A DNA stretch of 24,933 nt from an uncultured Oscillospiraceae bacterium. GTDB lineage: Bacteria > Bacillota > Clostridia > Christensenellales > Aristaeellaceae. Positions 7,482-14,306 of the stretch are shown one piece after another. The stretch spans positions 1 to 24,933 of the forward strand of contig CAYRPW010000002.1 of the NCBI GenBank assembly GCA_964426145.1. The letters run 5' to 3'. A program made the position numbers and the translations under genes. The notes under the pieces are model-generated. The model ran no database searches. It was given only the letters and a program-made list of their open reading frames with translations, and was not told the DNA's origin. The stretch's first letter is position 1. Every line of letters starts with the position of its first letter.

Positions 7482-8942
7482 ATGGTGTTTTCAAGCGTCA
7501 CATTTATCGGCGTGTTTCTGCCTGCGACGCTGATCCTTTACTACCTGTCCAAAAACCGCACGGTCCGCAATGCCGTGCTTCTGGCCGCGTCGCTTTTGTT
7601 CTACGCCTGGGGCGAGCCGGTGTACATCCTCGCGATGATCGGCGTAACGCTGATTGATTACGTGTTCGGCATCATTCTGGGGAAAACGCACAGCAAGGCG
7701 GCGGGAGTGTGGCTGCTGGTGCTGTGCGTAACATTGAACCTGCTGCCGCTCATTACCTTCAAATATTACAATTTCTTTGCGGGCCAGCTCGGGCTGCTTT
7801 TCCATTTCTCGCCGCGGCTTCTTTCCGCGGCGATGCCCATCGGCATTTCGTTTTTCACCTTCCAGTCCTTAAGCTACGCGATCGACGTCTACCGCCAGAA
7901 TGCCAAAACCCAGCGCAACTACGCGCACGTTCTATTATATGTATCCATGTTCCCGCAGCTGATCGCGGGCCCCATCGTGCGCTATACCGACGTGGAGGAC
8001 GAGCTTTACAACCGCCGGGAAACCCCGGAGCAGTTCACCGAGGGCTGTTTCCGCTTTGCGGTGGGCTTCGCCAAAAAGGTGATCCTGGCCAACTACGCGG
8101 GGCAGGTGGCAAGCTATCTGCTCAACGACCTGTTCTCGTCGCTGTCGGTGTGCGGCGCGTGGATCGGCCTCGCCACGGCGGCGATCCAGCTGTTTTTCGA
8201 TTTCTCCGGCTATTCCGATATGGCGATCGGGCTGGGGCTGATGTTCGGCTTCCATTTTAAAGAGAACTTCAAATACCCCTACATGGCCCGGTCGATCACG
8301 GAATTCTGGGCGCGCTGGCATATCTCCATGGGCAACTGGTTCCGTGATTACGTGATGTATCCCATGGCGATGTCCGGCGGCTTTTCCCGGTTCAGCCGCG
8401 CCGTGCGCAAGCGTTTGGGCGCGCAGATGGGCAGCTTCCTTCCGTCCTCGGTCGCAACCGTGATCACCTTCGCGCTCATCGGCCTGTGGCACGGCGCGGA
8501 CTGGAACTTTATTCTATGGGGGCTGTATTTCGCGGTGTTCCTGGTCATCGAAAAAGCGCTGAAACTCAAGTGGCGGCGGATTGATAAAATTCCCGTCGCC
8601 TCCAACTTCGTCACCGTGCTCGTGGTGCTGCTGGGCTTCGTATTGTTCTATTACACGGATCTGGGCCAGATCGGGCATTTTTACGCGTTGCTGTTCGGGG
8701 CGGGCGGCGCGCAGCTGCTGCCGGGTGTGCGGGAGATGTCGCAAATCAACGGCATCGTGTGGCTGTACCCGGTGCTCGTCGTCGCCGTTACGCCGTGGCC
8801 CGCCCGGCTTGCGCGCAAATGGCTTGGAAACGGCAGGCGCTTCGTAATCTTTCGCACCGGCTGGACGGCGGTGCTGCTTGCGCTGGGGTTTGTGATGCTG
8901 CTTGGGCAGAGCTTCAACCCCTTCATCTACTTCCGGTTTTAG
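7482..8942 (+). CDS. MBOAT-family O-acyltransferase (AlgI/PatA/DltB-like)
   Basis: MVFSS...F, ASLLFYAWGEP, PIGISFFTFQSLSYAIDVY, FPQLIAGPIVRY, FDFSGYSDMAIG, EFWARWHISMGNWFRDY, catalytic GLWHGA (His codon 8490) and C-terminal FIYFRF; SD GGGAGG. Confidence 0.95.
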   Translation: MVFSSVTFIGVFLPATLILYYLSKNRTVRNAVLLAASLLFYAWGEPVYILAMIGVTLIDYVFGIILGKTHSKAAGVWLLVLCVTLNLLPLITFKYYNFFAGQLGLLFHFSPRLLSAAMPIGISFFTFQSLSYAIDVYRQNAKTQRNYAHVLLYVSMFPQLIAGPIVRYTDVEDELYNRRETPEQFTEGCFRFAVGFAKKVILANYAGQVASYLLNDLFSSLSVCGAWIGLATAAIQLFFDFSGYSDMAIGLGLMFGFHFKENFKYPYMARSITEFWARWHISMGNWFRDYVMYPMAMSGGFSRFSRAVRKRLGAQMGSFLPSSVATVITFALIGLWHGADWNFILWGLYFAVFLVIEKALKLKWRRIDKIPVASNFVTVLVVLLGFVLFYYTDLGQIGHFYALLFGAGGAQLLPGVREMSQINGIVWLYPVLVVAVTPWPARLARKWLGNGRRFVIFRTGWTAVLLALGFVMLLGQSFNPFIYFRF

Positions 8943-8953
8943 GAGGCGCGATT

Positions 8954-9262
8954 ATGCAGAACGTATACAGGGCAAGCACGGCTATACTCGCGCTGGTTCT
9001 TCTCACCGTCGCGGTGTTTTCCGTTTTCGCGTTCTTCAACGGCGCAACGCTGGTGTCAATGCAGGAAAACCGAACGCTGGCGAAGCTGCCCGCGCTCACG
9101 GCGGAAACGTGGTTTGGCGGCGGCTACGGCACGGCGCTGGACGAGTATCTGGGCGATCACGTGCTGCTGCGCGAGGAGCTGATCCCGGTCACCCGCGCGC
9201 TGGAACGGCTGATGCGCGTGCAGTCCCGCATCCGCATCATTGACATGGATAACCCGAACTGA
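8954..9262 (+). CDS. 102-aa membrane-anchored protein resembling the N-terminal module of DHHW/AlgJ-like proteins
   Basis: ATG at 8954 after the SD AGGAGG (inside track ORF 8759-9262). One TM helix is followed by ENRTLAKLP...TWFGGGYGTALDEYLGDHVLLREE, like the ENRxLAxxP...DxFxxR segment of DHHW proteins. Ends in TGA TAA. Confidence 0.7.
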   Translation: MQNVYRASTAILALVLLTVAVFSVFAFFNGATLVSMQENRTLAKLPALTAETWFGGGYGTALDEYLGDHVLLREELIPVTRALERLMRVQSRIRIIDMDNPN

Positions 9263-9290
9263 TAAGATTTGAAAAAGGGGAGAAACGCTT

Positions 9291-9530
9291 ATGATGGATA
9301 CGTTACAGGAGATTCTTGAGGAGATACATCCCGGCATTGATTATCAAAACGAAACCGCGCTGATCGACGACGGGCTGTTGGATTCCTTCAACGTCATCGC
9401 GATCGTCACGGAGCTGAACAACCGGTTCGGCATCCGCATCTCCATCAGCGATCTCGAACCGGAAAATTTCAATTCCATGCAGGCCATCCAGGCGCTTGTG
9501 GAACGGCACAGGCAGAAAAAAAGCCGCTGA
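9291..9530 (+). CDS. Acyl/aminoacyl carrier protein (DltC-like)
   Basis: 79 aa, acidic; LIDDGLLDSF phosphopantetheine-Ser motif and PENFNS; SD GGGGAG. Confidence 0.92.
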   Translation: MMDTLQEILEEIHPGIDYQNETALIDDGLLDSFNVIAIVTELNNRFGIRISISDLEPENFNSMQAIQALVERHRQKKSR

Positions 9531-9532
9531 CC

Positions 9533-11059
9533 ATGACCACGAACGTGTTGGCCTGGCTGGAACAAACGGCGGAGCGCATTCCCGATTGCACCGCCTTCTC
9601 CGGCCCGGAGGAACGGCTCACCTTCCGCACGCTGCAGGCGCGCGCCGCGGCTGCGGGCACCTTTTTGCACCCGTTTGTGCCGCCGCGCCGGGCCGTGGCC
9701 GTGCTGATGGATAAAAGCTGCGACGCCATCGTCGCCTGTCTGGGCGCGGTGTATGCGGGCGGCTTTTATGCGTATATCGACCGCACCCAGCCCGCGCAGC
9801 GCGTGCAGGCAATCCTCGGCCAGCTCAACCCCGCTGCCATCGTAACCGGCCGTACGCTGAAACCCCAGGCCGACGCGCTGATGGCGGGCTGCCCGGTGTT
9901 CACGGCGGAAGAGCTGATCGGCGGGCAGGCGGATCCGGCGGTTGTGCAGGCCGTCCGCCGGGACGCCATCGATACCGACCCGCTGTACTGCAACTTCACC
10001 TCGGGATCCTCGGGCACGCCCAAGGGCGTGCTGGTGTGCCACCGCTCGGTGATCGATTTCATCACAGTGTTTGCTGAGACCTTCGGCATTACGCAGCAGG
10101 ACGTGCTGGGAAACCAGGCCCCGCTGGATTTTGACGTGTCGGTGAAGGACGTGTTCACGGGGCTTTATACCGGCGCGGAGGTTGTGCTCATTCCCCGGGG
10201 ATACTTCACGTTTTTGAAAAAGCTTTTAGAACTTTTGGAGCAGCGCGGCGTGACCACGCTGACGTGGGCGGTGTCCGCCCTGTGCCTCCTGTCCACGATG
10301 GACGGGCTTGCCACGCTGCGCCCTTCGCGGCTCAGGCGGTTTATGTTCTCCGGCGAGGTGATGCCGCTGGACCATCTGCGCTATTGGCGCAAGCACTACC
10401 CGGACGCCCTGTTCGTCAACCTCTACGGCCCCACGGAGATCACCTGCAACTGCACCTACCACATCGTTCCCCGGAACGCGGATCCGGACGCGGCGCTTCC
10501 CATCGGCATTCCGTTTCCCAACGAACGGGTTTTCCTGCTGGACGAGAACAACGCGCCGGTAACCCGGCCGGATGCGGAGGGCGAGCTGTGCGTCAGCGGC
10601 ACGGCGGTTACGCTGGGCTACTACAATAACCCGCAGCGCACGGCGGAGGCGTTCGTGCAAAACCCGCTCAACACGGCCTATCCCGAGATCATCTACCGCA
10701 CGGGCGACCTTGCCCGCTACGGCAGCGACGGGCTTTTATACTTCGCCGGCCGGCGGGATTTCCAGGTTAAGCACCACGGCAGGCGCGTGGAGCTGCCGGA
10801 AATCGAAATCGCGCTGGCCGCCGCGGGCGCGAAACGCGCCTGCGCGCTGTATATGGACAAGGAGGAGCGCATCATTGCCTACGTGATCGCCGATCGGCCC
10901 CCGCAGGAGCTGATGAAGGCGCTGCGCCAGGCGCTGCCCGATTATATGATCCCGTCCGAAATCATCCCGGCTGTCACCCTGCCGCTGACGAGTAACGGCA
11001 AGCTCGACCGCAAGGCGCTCACCGAGGCCTGGCGCAGCCGGAAGGCGGACACCGTATGA
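9533..11059 (+). CDS. Stand-alone amino-acid adenylation enzyme (DltA-like aminoacyl-carrier ligase)
   Basis: Core motifs A3 FTSGSSGTPKG, A4 FDVSV, A5 NLYGPTE, A6 GELCVSG...GYYNNP, A7 YRTGDL, A8 GRRDFQVK..G.RVEL.EIE and A10 NGKLDR. Confidence 0.93.
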   Translation: MTTNVLAWLEQTAERIPDCTAFSGPEERLTFRTLQARAAAAGTFLHPFVPPRRAVAVLMDKSCDAIVACLGAVYAGGFYAYIDRTQPAQRVQAILGQLNPAAIVTGRTLKPQADALMAGCPVFTAEELIGGQADPAVVQAVRRDAIDTDPLYCNFTSGSSGTPKGVLVCHRSVIDFITVFAETFGITQQDVLGNQAPLDFDVSVKDVFTGLYTGAEVVLIPRGYFTFLKKLLELLEQRGVTTLTWAVSALCLLSTMDGLATLRPSRLRRFMFSGEVMPLDHLRYWRKHYPDALFVNLYGPTEITCNCTYHIVPRNADPDAALPIGIPFPNERVFLLDENNAPVTRPDAEGELCVSGTAVTLGYYNNPQRTAEAFVQNPLNTAYPEIIYRTGDLARYGSDGLLYFAGRRDFQVKHHGRRVELPEIEIALAAAGAKRACALYMDKEERIIAYVIADRPPQELMKALRQALPDYMIPSEIIPAVTLPLTSNGKLDRKALTEAWRSRKADTV

Positions 11060-12234
11060 ACCGGGCGGAGCTTTTAAACCTCGCGGCGGCGTACGGAACG
11101 CCTTTGTACGTGTTCGATACCGACGCGCTTTCGCGCCGCACGGCGCTGGTGCGCGACGCATTTTCAAACGCCGTGCGCCTGTGCTATTCCATCAAGGCCA
11201 ATCCGTTCTTAACGGGCTGCGCGCCCATGGAGCTTCTGGAGGTATGCAGCCCCGGCGAGCTTGCCATCTGCCGGGCGCTCCGCGTGCCGCCGGAGCGCAT
11301 TCTGCTCAGCGGCGTCAGCAAAACGGAGCGGGACGTTGCGGACGCGCTCGATTACGGTGTGAGAACCCTGACCGCCGAAAGCCCGCTGCACGCGGAACGT
11401 ATCGAGGCCGCGGCAGCGCAGAGGGGGCTGACCGTCGATCTGCTGCTTCGGCTTACGGGCGGCGATCAGTTCGGCATGGACGGGGCAGCCGTGCGCGAAC
11501 TGGTGCGCGGCCGGGATGCCTTCAAGCACCTGCGGATGCAGGGCCTGCACTTTTTTTCCGGCACGCAGAAGAAAAACAAGGCGGCGGCCGAGCGAGAGCT
11601 TACGATGCTTGCCGATTTTGCCGACGGCCTGGAGCGCGATTTCGGCTTTGCCGGGCGGCGCCTGGAATATGGCGCGGGGCTGTTTGCCGATTACTTCGGC
11701 GCGGACGCGGCCAAGCGCGAGGAACAGCTGCTTTTGGACGTTGCCCCGTTCGTGCGCAGGGCGGCGGAGCGCTTTGCGCTCACCGTGGAAATGGGGCGGT
11801 TCTTCGCCGCGTCCTGCGGGTACTACCTGACCTCGGTTGCGGACGTCAAGGTTTCCGATGGCAGGAATATCGCCATCGTGGACGGCGGCAATCACCAAAT
11901 TCAGTACGACGGGCTGCTGCTTGCGCCCGCGCCGCCGCCCGTGACTTTGCTTTCGGGCGACCGTCCGGCGGACGGCGAGTGGACGGTCTACGGAAGCCTC
12001 TGTTCGCGCGGGGACATTCTGGCGCGGGGCGTGAAGCTTCCCGCGCTGCGCCTTTCCGACGTGCTGTGTTTCGGGCAGGCGGGGGCGTACGCGGTGACCG
12101 AGGGCATGGCCCTGTTTTTAAGCCGCGATCTGCCCGCCGTGGTACTGTGGAGTAAAAGCGGAGGCGCGTCGCTTTTACGCGGGCATCTGTCCACGCACCT
12201 GTTCAGCACCCCATTCGCCCGGTTGGAGGAATAA
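11056..12234 (+). CDS. Fold-type III PLP-dependent decarboxylase (LysA/ODC superfamily, divergent)
   Basis: YGTPLYVFD, YSIKANP (PLP Lys, codon 11194), EVCSPGE, EMGR, VDGG, GSLCSRGD and GAY motifs; ATGA overlap with the adenylation gene. Confidence 0.88.
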   Translation: MNRAELLNLAAAYGTPLYVFDTDALSRRTALVRDAFSNAVRLCYSIKANPFLTGCAPMELLEVCSPGELAICRALRVPPERILLSGVSKTERDVADALDYGVRTLTAESPLHAERIEAAAAQRGLTVDLLLRLTGGDQFGMDGAAVRELVRGRDAFKHLRMQGLHFFSGTQKKNKAAAERELTMLADFADGLERDFGFAGRRLEYGAGLFADYFGADAAKREEQLLLDVAPFVRRAAERFALTVEMGRFFAASCGYYLTSVADVKVSDGRNIAIVDGGNHQIQYDGLLLAPAPPPVTLLSGDRPADGEWTVYGSLCSRGDILARGVKLPALRLSDVLCFGQAGAYAVTEGMALFLSRDLPAVVLWSKSGGASLLRGHLSTHLFSTPFARLEE

Positions 12235-12237
12235 TTT

Positions 12238-13104
12238 TTGAAAATCCATGCAATCGGCACACGGTTTCTGGATTATCCGCAGTACTGCGCGGTGGTGGAT
12301 GAGGCGCTTGCCGCCATCCACGCGCCGCTGCTGAACGGCCTGCCCCTGGCGGGAGACGCGCGGCGGCTGATTGATGCGAAGAGGCTTTTTTACGTGCGCG
12401 GCCGGGATCATCTGCTGCTTTTCAGCGCGCACGTTGGCTATTATAAGCTCTATTACGCCGCGCACGAGGACGCGGTGCTGACCATTCCGCCGACCGCCAT
12501 GCCCATCGTGGCCGATCAGGTGCGGCTTTCCACCCGGGAATGCCCGCGCTGCGACCAGCTGATGGCCCGAAGCTGTTTCACGCTCGACCGCGTGGACGTG
12601 CGCCTGGAACGGAAGCTGGACGCAAGCCTGCGCCGTTCGCAGTATATCCACGGCTCGCTGCCGCTGCATGCCGTTGCGGATTACGCGATGACCGGAGAGT
12701 ATTACAAAATCAATACGCTGCTGCGCGGCGCGTTCGACCCGTTGCTTGACGAACTTCCCGGCAGGGACGAACTGATGCGGAGCATTCAGGACGGGTTTGT
12801 GTTCGTGGTCCGCGACGCGGAAAAAATCGCGGCCGTGATGGTCTGCATCCCCAAAGGCGCCATGGTGCTGCTGCACTGGATTGCCGTGGACAAGAAGTAC
12901 CGCAACCAGAATTTGAGCGGCCTGCTGCATTTCTTCGGCGATACCCAATGCCGGAGGAAAGGCTTCCGCCAGGAGGCCCTGTGGGTGGACGAGCATGCCG
13001 CCGGGTGGATCGGGGCGGTGCGCAGACGGGGCTTCCATTTGACCGACCAGCGGCTTTACACCTACGTGCATCCGCCCAATTGCGAAAACCCTTCATACGC
13101 TTGA
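12238..13104 (+). CDS. GNAT-family acyltransferase-like protein
   Basis: TTG start after the SD GGAGGA. The C-terminal GNAT domain carries LHWIAVDKKYRNQNLSGLL (motif A-like) and ends in RRRGF. The N-terminal half is of uncertain fold. Confidence 0.7.
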   Translation: MKIHAIGTRFLDYPQYCAVVDEALAAIHAPLLNGLPLAGDARRLIDAKRLFYVRGRDHLLLFSAHVGYYKLYYAAHEDAVLTIPPTAMPIVADQVRLSTRECPRCDQLMARSCFTLDRVDVRLERKLDASLRRSQYIHGSLPLHAVADYAMTGEYYKINTLLRGAFDPLLDELPGRDELMRSIQDGFVFVVRDAEKIAAVMVCIPKGAMVLLHWIAVDKKYRNQNLSGLLHFFGDTQCRRKGFRQEALWVDEHAAGWIGAVRRRGFHLTDQRLYTYVHPPNCENPSYA

Positions 13105-13129
13105 CTTACACGCTTCACAGAATTATAAT
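13101..13129 (+). promoter_or_regulatory. Internal sigmaA promoter upstream of the DHHW lipoprotein gene
   Basis: TTGACT (13101-13106, overlapping the GNAT TGA stop), 17 bp, TATAAT (13124-13129). Confidence 0.75.
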
Positions 13130-13181
13130 AATATTGGAAAACTGTGTTAAGAGAAAAGAATCGGATGCTGGAGGCACGATC

Positions 13182-14264
13182 ATGAAGAAATGGCTTGCTG
13201 TTCTACTCCTTCTCGCGATAGCGCTCTTTCTCACTTCCTGCGGCGGCGGGGAACCCGCGCCTACGGCCGCGCCGGACGAAAGCGCGAGCACCGCGATCGA
13301 CGAAACCGCGGAGGAGCAGGGCGGCGCTCTCCCTGTCACACAGACCGAAACGGCCAACGACTTGGATAAAACCGAGTTCATCGTCTACGAGGACCGCATT
13401 TTCTTCATCTCCAAATCCAGCCCCGAGGTGGAAGCCACCCTTGCGGACGCCATGAACGCCCTGTTCCGGTCGCTTCCCGACAGCGTGTCCAAATACCTGA
13501 TGATCGTTCCCACCCGGATCGCCTACGAGGTGGCGGAGGTGCAGGAGCTCTCCTCCGACCAGAAGGCCGAGATCAAGAATATCTATATGGCGATCGATTC
13601 CACCGTCACGCTGGTGGACGCGTATTATGCCCTCAACGAACACGCCGCGGATTTGAACGCCATCTACTACCGCACCGACCACCACTGGACGCATCTGGGC
13701 GCGTATTACGCGGCGCAGGCGTTCTTCGAAGCCGCGGGGATTGCCTATCATCCGCTGGAGGATTACGAACCCCACGACGGCGGCACGTTCCTGGGCTATC
13801 TGCAGGACCTCGCCAACGACCCGTATTTCTACGACAAACCCGATTCCATCACCTATTATCTTTTGCCCGGCGTCAACCACAAAGAGTGGATCTACTATAA
13901 GGACGTTGAAACCGGCGAGATGGAAATGACCGAAACCACCGCGGTGGACGATACGCGCCCGGCCTATGAAAAGTTCGTGGGCGTCAACGGCTTCTCGCAT
14001 GCGATCCTCTTTGGCAACGAGGAGAGCGACCGTTCGCTGCTTCTGGTGGGCTACTCGTTTTCCAACGCCATCTCCACCTGGCTTGCGGACAGCTTCCGCA
14101 CCGTTGTGCTGGTCGATCCCCGGTATTACGAGGACGGCCGGGAGGGCCTGGGCGAGCTGATGGATACCTATAACGTGACCGACGCGCTCTTGTTGATCTC
14201 GACGTCGGATTCCTCTGCGGTGGTCAACAACTTCAGCTCCTATATCGGGCGGCTGATTCAGTAG
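13182..14264 (+). CDS. DHHW-family (AlgJ/AlgX-like, permuted SGNH) acyltransferase lipoprotein
   Basis: Start moved to the ATG at 13182 (SD GGAGG). Lipobox LTSC; YYRTDHHWTHLGAYYA (13665-13712); LLLVGYSFSNA (Ser codon 14055) and VLVDPRYY. Confidence 0.88.
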   Translation: MKKWLAVLLLLAIALFLTSCGGGEPAPTAAPDESASTAIDETAEEQGGALPVTQTETANDLDKTEFIVYEDRIFFISKSSPEVEATLADAMNALFRSLPDSVSKYLMIVPTRIAYEVAEVQELSSDQKAEIKNIYMAIDSTVTLVDAYYALNEHAADLNAIYYRTDHHWTHLGAYYAAQAFFEAAGIAYHPLEDYEPHDGGTFLGYLQDLANDPYFYDKPDSITYYLLPGVNHKEWIYYKDVETGEMEMTETTAVDDTRPAYEKFVGVNGFSHAILFGNEESDRSLLLVGYSFSNAISTWLADSFRTVVLVDPRYYEDGREGLGELMDTYNVTDALLLISTSDSSAVVNNFSSYIGRLIQ

Positions 14265-14306
14265 GGCGGCGCGGCGTCAGGCGCCGTGCGGAGGAGTTGA
14301 CGCGTA

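Noticed and set aside
8954-9262. Treating the 102-aa ORF as a frameshifted pseudogene
   Set aside because: There is no continuation of DHHW-like sequence after the stop; the ACP SD follows within 15 nt, and the ORF has a strong SD of its own. Comparative data are needed to settle it.
9291-11059. Naming the ACP and adenylation genes dltC and dltA
   Set aside because: Pocket residues differ from DltA, the MBOAT has an AlgI/PatA-type fused tail, the partner is a DHHW protein rather than DltD, and extra enzymes are present.
11056-12234. Calling the decarboxylase lysA
   Set aside because: Divergent signature motifs and a non-lysine-pathway context; same superfamily, but function not supported.
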